Positions 49,791-62,860 of a stretch of DNA of 64,000 nucleotides are shown piece after piece. How positions within the stretch are numbered: position 1 is the stretch's first letter; each line of letters opens with the position of its first letter. Both the position numbers and the translations under genes were made by a program. The notes beneath the pieces are model-generated. The model did not search any database. It saw nothing but the letters and a program-made list of their open reading frames with translations, and was not told the DNA's origin. The stretch is from Squalus acanthias. Lineage: Eukaryota. The stretch lies in contig CM059432.1 in assembly GCA_030390025.1 (NCBI GenBank), forward strand, positions 66,404,001 to 66,468,000, in the 5' to 3' direction.

Positions 49791-50382
49791 AAAAATGACT
49801 GATGACAGTATTTAAAAACAGACAAAGTGAAGCAGAAGGAAAAACCACATAAACAACAACACCAACAACTTGCCTTTATATATTTCTTTTAATGTAGTAA
49901 AAAGTCCCAAGGCACTTCAGGAGCGTTATCAAACAAAATTTGACACCAAGCCACACAAGATATTTGGACAGGTGACAAAAAGCTTGGTCAAAGAGGTAGG
50001 TCTTAAGGAGCGTTTTAAAGGAGTAGAGAGAGGTAGAGAGGTGGAAAGGTTTAGGGAGGGAATTCCAGAGCTTAGGGCCTAGGCAGCTGAAGGTACACCC
50101 GCCAATGATGGAGCCATTAAAATCAGGGATGCGCAAGAGTGCGCACATATGAGAGAGAAAGTAGAATGATCAGTAAAGTGCTTAAATAGAAAGCAGGAGA
50201 TGGTTAAATGGCCGAAGTAATACTAACACAAGATGATAGGAAGAAGCATAACAAAAGAAATTAAAGCCATTTTATAGACACAGAGAGCATGTGAATAGCT
50301 GAAACAGTGGAAGGTAAGGCAGACCAGATAGCAAAAACTGGTCAAGTGGCTAAAGTTAAGGTGTGTGGTTATGAAAGTCAAT

Positions 50383-51822
50383 GGCCGGAATTTTCCCTAC
50401 CGAGTCTGGTTGGGTGCGTGCGGGCCACGTAGCGGGTCGGTACCGCGATGTATTGATCAACCCACTCGTCAGCGCGACTTTAGTGTAATGGCTCCTATTA
50501 AGGCAGACATGCGCATTTCCCGACCCTATTAAATGGTGCGGGTCTGATGATATCATCGGTGACTCATTTCCAGTGGAGATATTTAAAGCAGCCTTAGCCA
50601 CATTGCATTTGAAGGTTCACGTAGGAGTGTGGAGGGAGTATTGGAGAGGAGGGTCTTGTTGTGGAGAAATAGAAAAATTAATTCACAAAGACAGAGGGGC
50701 TGCACCCCGCTTTTCCGATGAGTCCCTATATATTCTTGTGGAGGGAGTCAGAGCACGCAGTGAGGTCCTCTTCCCTGCTAATTGTGGAAGAGACCTGCCC
50801 AGCAGACCAAAGGAGCCTGGCTTTAAATTGCTGAGGAGGTCAACAGCAGTGATGTCGTAAGGAGGACCTGGCTCCAGTGCAGGAAACAATTCAATGATCT
50901 CCTGAGGTCAGGAAAGGTGAGTGCATGTCCACCCATCCCTCTCTCTTTATCTACATATTCACATCCCCATCTGACTAACCACCCTCATCCTAATGTAATC
51001 ATACTAAATAACACCACAGAAAGAGGCCATTTGGCATTTGCAACACATTCCCTTATAGTCACCATCTACACTCATGCCTTCACTCAGACTTCTCTTCTTT
51101 CCCTCCTTGCAGGAGAAGAGAGCCCACAACAACAGGGAGAGGGCGAGAACCAGAGGTGGCCCTCCATCCATCACTACTTTCACTGCAGCAGAGGAGGTGG
51201 CCCTAGAGGTCTCAAGAGTTGCTGGCCGTGGGAGTCAGAGAGAGGAGGACCGCTTAGCAACCTGGTGACAGAATTACAACTCATACAGCCACATGGCATA
51301 CAGCAGTCACTTATATGGTAACTGATGTCAGCAACCAGTGAATGTTCATCATGTGCATAATGGTATCGTTACTTATTCTTAATATAACATTTCTAAATCA
51401 TCTCTTTACTCTCCCACAGGGCCATCAAGAGCCCCCCCCTCACCACCCCCCCCCCCCCCCCCCGGCCACTAGTCAACTGCAGGAGGAAGACAACTCCTCA
51501 GAGGAGCCTCCAGCCTCTGAGGGTGCACCGTCAACAGACCCAAGCGCACCCAGCACCAGCGCAGATACACACATGTCGGTGGGTCCTGTGCGAGATAGAG
51601 TAGTGTTGTCACCTGGTGTCTCACACTTCACAAGTGAGCAAGAGTAGATGGTGTTGATAGGAAAAGCAGTGGAGAGTCCTCGCCGGAGGGCGCAGGGCGC
51701 TCCAAGCTTTGCTCAGCTGCATGCTGACGCTGAACCTTGGGGGCCATCGAGAAAGAGGGTGATCCTGGAGGGGCAGCAAGAAATGCAGGAGGCTCTGGCA
51801 GGTTTTGCAGTTGCGATGTCTG
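50383..51822 (+). mobile_element. 3'-truncated Harbinger carrying a degenerate three-exon Myb/SANT gene
   Basis: TIR GGCCGGAATTTTCC. AAPRFSDESLYILVEGV. Donor AG|GTGAGT at about 50916, acceptors at about 51112 and 51419. Colinear with 54079-55620. Confidence 0.85.
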
Positions 51823-53164
51823 ATTTTAAGATAAGGATAAGGGGACCCTATCATTGTTCTGTGAGGGGGCGGGGGTGGGCATGCGGCAAGAGGAAATGGG
51901 TAAATAGAATAAATCTGAGAAAAATTGATAAATGTTGTATTACGTTTTCAAAGCCTTTGTCAAACAATAGCTATTATTTGCCAAACTTACCTCTGCTTTC
52001 CTCTAAGTAAAGGCCCTGAACTGCATGCTAGGAACTGTTATCTGACCGGAGGCCTTCAAGCCCAAGCACTACAAATCCCAGTGCGCATGTGCAAATTTCG
52101 GCACAGTACCTGAGCATAGTTGTTGACATGCAGCTTCTTTGAAGGAACATTTTTCAAATGCTAATTTTAAATAGAAATGAGGTAATCTGAGATAAATTAG
52201 ATGCACAAATCGGCTTAACCTTTGCTGCAGTGACATTAAAATAGTGGTCAGCAGGATGCTTGAAGTGCTGAATTTAAACTGGTGATAATATGACGCAAAT
52301 AAGCCAGTCGTGCATCATATCATCTAGTTTTAGAAGTAGCTCACTGCCAGATTGATATGCTCATCTTGTTTATTTCACCGCAGTATATATTAATGTCAGG
52401 AGTGGAAATGACCAAGAACCACAGAATAAGCTGTTTCCTTAAGAATCTGAGAAACTCCCCACACATATTTAAAACTTTCAGCAAGTGATGCAGCCTCTGA
52501 GATCCTGTTTTTCTAGAATCAGGTGTTTAATCTGAGGTGTATGTTGGAGCACAGTGTATAAACAGTCTACTGACACAATCACACTGGACTTGTTTTACTT
52601 TCTGTTCTAATGAACCTCTTTTTACCAGGACATAGATCCGTCCTGCAAGCAAATTAAACATGCTAATATCTTGGGCTGAGCTGCTGTATGTAAATACACA
52701 TGTCACAAACCAACTTATAAGGAAACTGCTGCACTAAAATACAAATACATGACAAAGTTTTATGATCTTACTGAAGTTCTTTCAGGGAAATGTTGATGTG
52801 GAACAAACTGTGAAGCACAAAATCAGCCTGTCGGTTCTTTCCAATCTCCTTAACAGACGTAGAGGATTTGTTTTGGTTTTAAACAGGATGTGGTTTCTGT
52901 TTAAAAGTTCTGATCAGTTTAAACTATTTCCCATGAAGTTCTTCATAACTATAGGATTTAGAAAATGCTATACGTAACAATAAGTTCCCGCCCCCTCCCC
53001 CCCCACCCCCCGCCCCGCCCCCCGCCCATCCCTTCTCAGCAGCTCAGGCATTATACTTTCTTTCTGACTGCACATTATTAACAAAAAATGTAAGTACAAT
53101 GACAATGCACTTACACATTATAAGGTAATTTGTGCTGCTCACCATGACACTCATGAGAAGCTCC

Positions 53165-53360
53165 TGGAAAGAAAAAAGAAAGAACCAACAAAATACTTTT
53201 GAAGTGTAGTCACTGTTGTAATGCAAAGGAAATGTAACAGCTAGTTTGCGCACAGCAAGATCCCACAAAGTGCCATGAGATAAATGTTTTGGAAAATCTC
53301 TTTTGTTTTAATTGATGTTTATTGAGGGATAAATGTTTGCCAGAACACCGGGAGAAATTA
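53165..53360 (-). mobile_element. SacSINE1-like SINE 3' fragment
   Basis: Similar to 4395-4555 (TACTTTTGAAGTGTAGTCACTGTTG...ATTGAGGGATAAAT). Confidence 0.7.
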
Positions 53361-54359
53361 GTGACTAACCTCCTTGGGTAGAAGCTAAGCGAGGTTTCTT
53401 TAGGGTCGAGCTGGCCCCAGGATGACAGGCCTGCTGATGGAAATTCAAAAACAAGTTAATCTTCTGTGGCAGACTCAGTAATCCGAGACCTAATCTAGAC
53501 AGGTCTGCAGTATTCCACAGATCTGTTGGTGGTTAAACTGCCAGCCCAGCTCATTAATGGAAGCTGGAGGGGAAGACTTGTCACTGGGGTTTGGGATTCT
53601 TCCTGGTCAACTCCAGCTAACTCCGCAAACCAGTCTCTTAATGATCAGGGTGGAGAAACAGTCGGAAACTTACCACTGCTCAGCTGTCAGGCAGCAGGGT
53701 TTTCTGTGGTTAAACTCCTGCGCAGCACCTGGTGAACCCTGGGCCTTGGCACAACCAACATTTTCCTATGATGAAGGGTCACAGACCTGAAACGTTAACT
53801 CTGTTTCTCTCTCCACGAATGCTGCCTGGTCTGCTGAGTATTTCCAGCATTTTCTGTTGTTATTGCAACATTTTCCTAAACTGTCTGGATTTAGTTAAGT
53901 GGGGTGTGTCCCTATGAGCAGAGTGTGTGCACTCCATATTGCGCTGACAGAAACTCTGCTTGTGTGGATTTTTCAGGAGCTTGAATGAAGGCTGCTAAAC
54001 ACGGTGATCAGTGTATCAGTTGCCCAGCTGACAAAGAACAAAAAAATATTCAATATTGTTAGGGTGCCCAAAAATGTAGGCCAAATTTTCATTACCTGGG
54101 CGGGTCGGGTGCGGGCGGTCGGCATTGTGGCTCGGAATCCCGTTCTTCTTTTCATCCTGCTCATCTGAGCGACTTTCCGTTAATGGCGCCTATTAAGGCA
54201 GGCCTGTGCGTTACCCGGCCCTATTTAATGGTGCGGGTCTGATTACTCATTTCCAGCAGGGATGTTTAAAGCAGCCTTGGCCACATTGCATTTGAAGGTT
54301 TATCTAGGAGTGTGTAGGCAGTACATATCACCATGTGGTTATTGCTCAGCCTTGCAGAG

Positions 54360-56175
54360 ATAGCTTCACAAAGACAGAGGGCTGCACGCAGGTTTTCAGA
54401 TGACTCCCAACATATTTTTGTGGAGGAAGTCAGAGCATGCAGGGAGGTCCTCTTCCCCGCTGATGGGCACAAGAGACCTCCCCAGGAGCCAAAAAGAGCC
54501 TGGCTCCAAATTGCAGAGGAGGTGAACAGCAGGGATGTGGTGAGGAGGACCTGGATGCAGTGCTGGAAGCACTTCAGTGATCTCATGAGATCAGGAAAGT
54601 GAGTGCAAAGCCACACTCAACTTCATCCTGCTGTGCCTGTCATCACATCCCCATCACTCTGCCTTCCCAAGCCTACTCCTGCACATCATTACTCACACCA
54701 ACATAACTTGCACGTCCACCCATCCCTCTCTCTCTATCTACATACTCACATCCCCCTCTGACTAACGACCCCTCACACTCACCCTCATCCTAATGCAATC
54801 ATACCAACTAACACCACTCAAGGAGGCCATTTGGTATTGTCACCCCACTCCATCATAGTCACCCTCTAAAGATGTAACCCACACATTCCTTACACTCATT
54901 CCATCAGTCTCACTCAAACTTCTCTTATTTCCCTCCTTGCAGGAAAAGAGAGGCGACAATAACAGCGAGAGAGAGCGAACCGGAGGTGGCCCTCCATTCT
55001 TCGCCACTTTGACAGCAGCAGTGGAAGTCGCCCTGGAGGTGTCAGAAGTTGCAGAGCAGCTGGCGGATGGAGTCGGATAGAGGAGGACCTCTCAGCAAAC
55101 AGGTGACAGAATTACATCTCCTACAGCCACATGGCAATACAGCAGTCACTCATATGGTGACTGATGTCGGCAGCCAGTGAATATTCATCATGGGCATAAT
55201 GGTATCGTTACCCATTCTTGATATAACATTTCTAAATCATCTCTTTACTCTCCCACACGTCCATCAAGGGCACCCCCCACTGTCCAGGCGTAAGAGGAAG
55301 ATGACTCCTCAGAGGAGCCTCTGGCCTCTGAGGGTGCACAGTCACCAGACCTAAGCACCGATACACACACCTTGGTGGGTCCTACGTGAGATAGAGTAGT
55401 GTTGTCTTCTGGTGTCTCACAAGTCACAAGTGAGCAACAGCAGATGGTGGAGACAGGGACAGCAGTGGAGACTCCTCGCCAGAGGGTGCAGGGCACTCCC
55501 AGCTCTGCTTAGCTGCATGTAGACACTCAGCCTCGGGGGCCATCGAGAAAGAGGGCAATCCTGGAGGTGCAGGAAGAAGTGCAGGAGCCTCTGACAGGTT
55601 TTGCAACTGCGATGTCTGTAAATGTGCAGAGAATGGAGAAGTCCATCTCCAACATGAGCAACCACCATGTCACAGGCATAGAAGGGATGACCACCTGCAT
55701 GAACCAGCTAATGCGCCACTCACATGAGTACATGCTATCTATGGAGAGTAGATGGCAGAGGCTCATAGACCTCCTCTCGAGGAGCGATGTCAATGTAGAC
55801 TTGGGTCTTCATGGCCACACTGCTGTGCAGCAAGGTTCTCTCCAGCTCCTTGCTGGCAGAGAAGTGCGACTGGCCCATGAGAGAGATGATGGTGAGAGGG
55901 GATATGGAAGTGGGAGCTCCTCTTAAAGCGCTCACACTTCTCTCCCATTGCCTCCCCCTCAGTCAGAGCCCCAGATGCCTCCTCAGATCGTGATAGCCGA
56001 GTCTGCCCCTGCACAGTCGCAGGAGGAGCAGACTTTGGCGGGGCCATCACAGGCTCCAAAATCCAGAGGATGTCCACCAAAAGTGTCTACGCAGTCTCAG
56101 CAGGGAAGTGAGCAGCCTGCCTCCACCTCTGCTGAAGCCACAGGGGGTGCACCTCGTAGGAGCAAGTGTAAATGA
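54360..56175 (+). pseudogene. Harbinger Myb/SANT-like (NAIF1-type) DNA-binding protein; exons about 54360-54598, 54943-55102 and 55259-56175
   Basis: AARRFSDDSQHIFVEEV...AWLQIAEEVN...RTWMQCWKHFSDL. The start is probably decayed to ATA. Splice sites are partly mutated relative to the 50383 copy, and there are in-frame stops. Confidence 0.8.
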
Positions 56176-56508
56176 AAAATGACACAGAAGTAGATGCACA
56201 AGGGTAAGCACATGGGTGCTTAAAGAAGTGTTGCTGTTAAGGTTCCGTTACTGTTATGTCACATATAAAACTATTTATTTTCACCAACTTCCGGTCATGG
56301 TCATTTTTGTCTGCTACTTTGGAAGTGGCTTAGTGAGTTGGAGTGAATAGTGAGACATAACATTACCTCCAGCAATGGGGGTCAGTGTGAAAGGAATGGC
56401 TTGGTCATTGTAGGGATGCTTTATGGTGTTGTTGGGGTGGGGGGAGGGGCGGGGGTGGGGGGGGACTTGGCACAGCATGTGGCAGCCATATCGGTATAAT
56501 GCAGGAAG

Positions 56509-57637
56509 TTAAGTAAATCTGGACGTGATGAGGCCATCCCTGGCCTCTCGGGCAGCAATGTGCTCCGGTGCTGCTGGCATCTGGCCCTCAGGTTCCTCCT
56601 GTTCCTCCTCCTCGTCTTCCAGCTGATGCTCCTCCTCCTCCTCCTCCTCTGAAGAGGCTGTGCGCTCAGTGCCTTGCTCCTCATGCAGCACTAATCCTCG
56701 TTGCTGCACTATGTTGTACAATGCGCAGCAGACGACAACGATTCTGGATACCCTGGCTCGTGCGTACTAAAGATCCATATCTGTCAAGGCATCTGAAGCG
56801 TATTTTCAGTATGCGTATTGTTTGGTCTATGACACATCTGGTGGACAAGTGACTTTCATTATATCTCTCCTCGGCCTCAGTACTTGGCCTCCTCAAGGAT
56901 GTCATAAGCCATGTTCTCAGTGATAGCCCTTGTCTCCAAGCAGCCAGCCGGTAAGTGTGTTTGGAGGTGTGAAGAGCTGAGGGAGGGTGGACTGGTGCAG
57001 GACGAAAGAGTCATGAGAGCTGCCAGAGAATTTGGCGCACACATGCATAATCATCTTTTTATGGTTGTAGACGAGCTGCACATTGAGGGAGTGGAAGCCC
57101 TTGCAGTTCACAAACACTCCTAGGTGATGATGAGGTGCCCTGATGGCCTCATGTATGCAGTCGATAATGCCCTGCACCCATGGGAAGCCAGCCAGAGCAA
57201 CAAAGTCCAGTGCCCGCTCAGTAACATGGGCTTCATCAGTGGCAAAGTTAATATAATTGGCTGACTTGTCAAACATGGCATCGGTGACCTGTGTGATGGA
57301 TCTGTGGGTGGCTGACTGAGATCCCGCAAATGTCTGCTGCAGTTGCTGGAAGGAGCCTGAGGCGAAGAGGTTGAGGGCGCTGGTGACCTTGACAGCCACT
57401 GGTAAGGCATGTCCACCAGGTTCTCTGGGCTGCAGGTCTAGTTCCAGTAAGCTGCAAATGTCTGCGACAACCTGGTGCAATAGCCTAAGCCTCCTTTGGC
57501 ACTGCTGCTTTGTGATGTTGAGGAAGCTCAGCCTCTGCCTGTATACCCTGTGTTGGGGGTATCACCTCCGGCAAGGTGCAGCCCTGCGCTGATGCCCTCT
57601 GTCCTGTGGAGCATCAGGTCATTGAGGAGAAGGTTAT

Positions 57638-57668
<31 letters not shown>

Positions 57669-57753
57669 AGTGGTGTGCCTGCTGCTGCTAGTGTTGGGGC
57701 TCATCCTGGTCCAATTCTGAGGAACAAGGTGAGACAGTATAAATGGCACCCAT
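56509..57753 (-). pseudogene. HARBI1-like DDE transposase (Harbinger nuclease), frameshifted
   Basis: [58 protein letters not shown], plus an acidic tail and an N-terminal poly-Q. Confidence 0.9.
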
Positions 57754-58527
57754 GCTGATGCAATAGATGACAGGTCAAGTAGAGATCAGAGAAGCAATCT
57801 GTCAATGGTGTGATAGTTAGTAGCAATGAGGTGAGAGTGGCTTTTGAAGTTGCAGTAAAGACTTGCAAACTGTTGTCACCTAAATCTGTGCTCAAAATGC
57901 ATTCAGCAAGAGCCTTTCCCTTAGGCAAGTAAGCAGGTGTCATGTGGCAGTATTTATTGTGCTTTCCAAGCTCTGCAGTAATGACCTCCAGCAATGGCCA
58001 CTGAACTTCCGCCTGAGCTTGACAGACGTGGTTCCTGAGCTGTGTGATTCCTGTGTTCATCCAGTGAAATTCAGAAGGTCTGGTTAAAAACACTGTTAAG
58101 GGTCTGACAACAAGGTATTAATGAGCTAAATTAGGTTGCCCACCTCTGTCGTTCGGGTCCGTGCCGCGCTGACAAACGCGCCCGAGTTAAAGGCGCGAGG
58201 AGGCAGGATGACGACGGGGTCCCGACGCGCTCCCATTTATTGTGAATTTTACTCCCGACTCGCCTCCAATCCCGCATGGACGGCAGCATGAAAATTCCAA
58301 CCATAATTTTTCTTTGTTAAAATACCTAAGCCATGACCAAAAATTTGAATAGAACAAGCAAACATACCTAAAAACTTGTACAGTTGTATTTAACAATTGG
58401 GAATATATTGCTTTTCACCAAGCACAGAAAAATATATCAATAACTGTTATTATTTTTCAATATAAGTGACTGGGTTAGACAATCAACTCATGGCCAGCCA
58501 TTTTTCTGGTGTAAAATCTGTGTTAGA

Positions 58528-58707
58528 CCTCTGAATTTTGCATTGTGATCTGCTGCACCCAAACTGTGCCAGAAGCGCGGCAAGCACCGTAATAGTTAGG
58601 GTGACTTTTATTCATCCATGCGCCCGCTTGAAACAGGAGTTAGGCTCTTTCAATTTGCGAATTGGGATGCTACATCAGTCATACAATCCCAAATACAAAA
58701 TTCAGGT
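58528..58707. mobile_element. Short Harbinger-like MITE (similar small remnants at about 15936-16039, 7150-7480 and 11290-11420)
   Basis: Inverted termini CTGAATTTTGCA / TACAAAATTCAG. Confidence 0.45.
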
Positions 58708-59234
58708 ACAACTGGGCGAAACTTGCTTCGCCTAAATGCACTAGATATTGAGCGGACTAACCAGTGATCCTTAAAGGTATCACTGGAAGCTGCTGAAAAA
58801 AAGCCCAAGAAATTGTCACTTGTTATTTTTGTGGGTTCAGAGAAGCAAGTTTGGTCCTCCTGGGCTAACAAAAAAACTCTGCTGCCACTGTATTTGCATT
58901 TGACAGCAAGGTTAAAATGAACCATCGAAGACCCACCACCACTCAGGATCACCCTTCAAAACACAAAAGCGTACATCTTCTATGAATCGCTAAAAAGCAT
59001 ACTTGTCTCTTTCTACAACTGTGTTTTCTAACCCACTGTCTGAATAAAAGCATGCTGAATTTTACAACGTTTAGTTACTTTTGAAAATTGATCATTTCAA
59101 AATGGAACAGCAAAACTTTCACAGGTATAAAATCTCCAAACCAATATCAAAACTCACTGAATGTAGCAGATAAGATTCGGTGAAAAACTGTGTAAATGAT
59201 TTGATATTTGGTATTTAACATGCAAACTCTAAGT

Positions 59235-60031
59235 CTTCTTCTTCTTAGGCAGTCCCTCGGAACCGAGGATGACTTGCTTCCACATTAAAAATGAGTTTGC
59301 AGGTGACTGATGAGTCCAATGCGGGACCTACAGTCTCTGTCACAGGTGGGGCAGACGGTGGTTGAAGGGACAGGTGGGTGGGGTGCTTGGATTGACGTGC
59401 GCTCCTTGCGCTGCCTGCGCATGGCTTCTGCTTGCTCCCGGTGAAGAGACTCGAGGTGTTCGGCGCCTTCCCGGATGCTTCTCCTCCACTTTGTGCGGTC
59501 TTGGGCCAGGGATTCCCAGGTGTCGGTGGGGATGTTACACTTTTTCAAGGAGACTTTGAGGGTGTCCTTGAAGCGTTTCCTCTGCCCACCTGGGGCTCTC
59601 TTGCCGTGCCGGAGCTCCGAGTAGAGCACTTGTTTTGGGAGTCGCGTATCGGGCATGCGGACAATGTGACCCGTCCATCGGAGTTGATCGAGCGTGGTCA
59701 AAGCTTCGATGCTGGGGATGTTGGCCTGAGCAAGAACACTGACGTTGGTGCACCTATCCTGCCAATGGATTTGCAGGATCTTGCGGAGGCAGCATTGGTG
59801 GTATCTCTCCAGTGCTTTGAGGTGCCTGCTGTACATGGTCCATGTTTCTGAGGCATATAGCAGGGCGGGTATCACTGCTGCTCTGTAGACCATGAGCTTG
59901 GTGCTGGGTTTGAGGTCCTGGTCTTCAAACACTCTCTTCCTCAGGCGACCAAAGGCTGCACTGGCACACTGAAGGCCGTGTTGGACTTCGTCGTTGACGT
60001 CTGCCCTTGTTGACAGTAGGCTCCCGTGGAC
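59235..60031 (-). mobile_element. RTE-clade LINE 3' end, 5'-truncated
   Basis: Open ORF 59285-60034 (LLYASETW, QLRWTGHIVRM, C-terminal zinc finger). (GAA)n tail. 12-bp TSD CAAACTCTAAGT at 59223-59234 and 60032-60043. Confidence 0.95.
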
Positions 60032-61094
60032 CAAACTCTAAGTACATTTGCTTTAATCCACCAACTCATGTTCCTAATATGTAGAAATATTTTTGGGTTC
60101 CCTATTCATTGCAGTTTTTCAGTGTTTCTGTTTCCTTGAAGGTTCCAAATAATCAGTGATTATTTTTACTCAACAATTTTCTCCAACTCCTGCAGGCATT
60201 GGTTTGTTGTTAAGGGCTTTGTGTGGCCTTTGATATCTCACGGAAGTAGGCATTATTCATGTATGAACCTTGATAGTTTGTGTTGCCAGGCTATTACATC
60301 ATGGAAGCCATCGCATTTGAGTCCAACCCTGTGCTCATCTGATATCCATACATGGGCATTTCCAGTAAGGGATGCTGGGTGGCACCAGAATCAGGGAACC
60401 TGGGAGATTTTCACTCCCGATCCTAGGGCTGCTTAATCCACTAATCCAGCTGAGATCATATAACTTCACATAAAGCAGGGGTCAAACCTTAGGTCTTGTT
60501 AGTCTGTGGCTCATGTTTACAATTTCACTAAAATAGCATACACAGGAAATCTTGCTCCTATATTTTAATTTACCATGAACTGTATTTGCATGGCTCATTG
60601 TAGTTGTAAACATTGAAACCACCTGTACTATTTTTAATGTGACAAACTTGTGGGTCAGAGAGATATTACTTTTAGTTCATTTTAAGAATATCAGAAAAAG
60701 CTGGCGATATTGAAATAAGGAATTCAACCGTACAGTTAACAGTAAAGCCACAATGTGAAAATATATAATTTTATTTCTGCCATATTTATAATGGTAAAGT
60801 AGCTGCATGCGAGATTATTGAAAGCTATTGGGGAGTTTAGAAGCTGTACTTGCTATATGTTGATTTTCTGCTGATGGATTTTCCAATATGATAGCCAGGA
60901 ATCTCTAAAGAGAGCTGAAAAGCGCCCCAAATAGAATTGTGGGAAATGTGAATGTGCTCTCTACACTTAAAATATACTTAAAAATATGAAATGTGTGTTC
61001 AGCACTTAAGCTGTGAGTAGCTTCTATTTACATTTGCCAGTAATGTTACATACAATCAGTGATGGACATCCATTTCCCTGTCATCTTACACTGC

Positions 61095-62860
61095 GGGCTG
61101 AATTTTGCTGGTGTTCAGAGTGCAGGTTTGGAGGCGGGTTCACTGTCAAAATCAAAATGATTGACAGCGGGTTGGGAGCCTGCTGCGAACCCACCTCTAT
61201 GTAAGTTTCCAAAGTGTCGGGTCTGCGATTTCAGAACAGATCCGACACCAAGCGGCAGGGGAGGCATTTAAGATACTTAACTGCTTGATAAGTGCTTGTT
61301 TACCACTATGTCGCCAGCCTTTTTCTATTTTACCACATTTTTAACGAAGTTCACATCATTCGGAGATCACGTCAGGTAAGTAGGTCGGGTTCTCTATGTC
61401 TCCCCATTGCTGTGAATAGGTGACAGCTGCAAAAGTGGTCTGAAAGCTACCATTTCACAGCTGGTCACTTTCCAATGTCAGAAGCTTGAGCCTTCAGGAC
61501 TTGGAAGACACTTTTGAGCTGTATGCAGTTTGAAAGTGTTTGGAGTAAACTCTCTATCCACTGTCTCCTCCTTGGAGCAAGCTCTCTCACCATTGACAGA
61601 TCACTTCTGTCATCTCAATTCAGCTGCCATCTATTCCAGCAACATCGGTGCCCTTGAAAAAATCTCACCTTGGTCCTCTGAATCCCTCCACGATCAGCCC
61701 CAACACCAACATCACCAGGCACACCAACATCACCAACAACACTAACCTTCTCCGCAATCACCTGATGCTGCACAGGACACAGGGCAGCAGCACCCGACAA
61801 CATTGCTGCCTGGAAGGCCAGCGATGGCATCACCATGGCCAGATTTACTTCACTTGATGCTGTACACCCTGGCTGCCACATGATGCGCCAGGTTAACACC
61901 ACCCCACACCAGCACCATAAAGCATTGCTACAATGACCAAACCATTCCTTTCACACTCATCACCATTGTGGGGATACCGTTATGTCTCACCATTCATTGC
62001 AACTCACTAAGACACTTCCAAAGGTGAGCACAGATCTGTACAATAAGGCAAAGTGTTGAGAATAAAGATTTCAATGTTTCACAACACATTAACAAAAAAT
62101 TTACAAGAACATTGCATAAAACACCCAAGTGCCTACCCTTTTGTGTGTTGTTTGTTGGTATGATTGTACTAGGATGAGGGTGAGTGTGAGGGGTGACTAG
62201 TGAGATGGGGTAGTGATAATGTAGATAGAGAGGGATGGAGTGGAGGTGCAAGGTAAGTTGGTGTGAGTAAGGATGTGCATGAGTAGGGTAGGGAAGGCAG
62301 AGTTATGGGGATGTGATGAGAGGCACAGCAGGATGAGGTTGAGTGTGGCTTTGCAGTACGTTTCGTGATCTACTGAGATCATTGAAAGGTTTGCGCCACT
62401 GCACCCAGGTACTCCTGACGACATCCCTGCTTTTGCACTCCTGTGCAATGTGCAACCAGGCTGTGTTAATCTCCTGGGGAGGTCTCTTCCGCCCTTGGAA
62501 GGGAATAGAACAGCCCTGCGTGCTGTGACTTCCTCCATAAGCATATGGAGGGAGTCAAGCGAGAGCCTGGGTGCAGCTGTGCACCTTTGTGCAGTGCTTG
62601 TCAGTGTTTGCAGCACCTCAATGCTACAGAACACTGACAGCACAACTGTCAAAATGAATGCGGCCATGGCCCCTTTAAGGAAAGCGGCTGATGAGCGTGT
62701 CATCAAATTAAGTCATCAGACATGCTTCCTTTTAATTGGCCGGGAACCCCGCAGGGTACGGAAAATCCTTTTCACAGAGCGGCTGCACCCGGGTGCAGGA
62801 CCGGAACGAGCCAATCACCTCTCCTGCCGCGATCCCGCCTCCGCTGGTGAAATCAAGGCC
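61095..62860. mobile_element. Harbinger internal-deletion derivative
   Basis: TIRs GGGCTGAATTTTGCTGG / CTGGTGAAATCAAGGCC. TSD TGC at 61092-61094 and 62861-62863. Colinear with 22704-24413. Confidence 0.88.

Larger units (their letters stand above)
54079..58302. mobile_element. Near-complete, formerly autonomous PIF/Harbinger transposon with two convergent genes
   Basis: TIRs GGCCAAATTTTCAT / ATGAAAATTCCAACC. Flanks GTA and ATA. Myb gene on +, nuclease gene on -. Confidence 0.9.

Noticed and set aside
52762..52977. Short ORFs in unique AT-rich DNA (also 20497-20679 and 63219-63527)
   Set aside because: No recognisable protein motif and no consistent splice and frame support.
56509..57753. 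Host HARBI1/NAIF1 genes
   Set aside because: Multiple stops and frameshifts, located within TIRs, with several related copies in the window.
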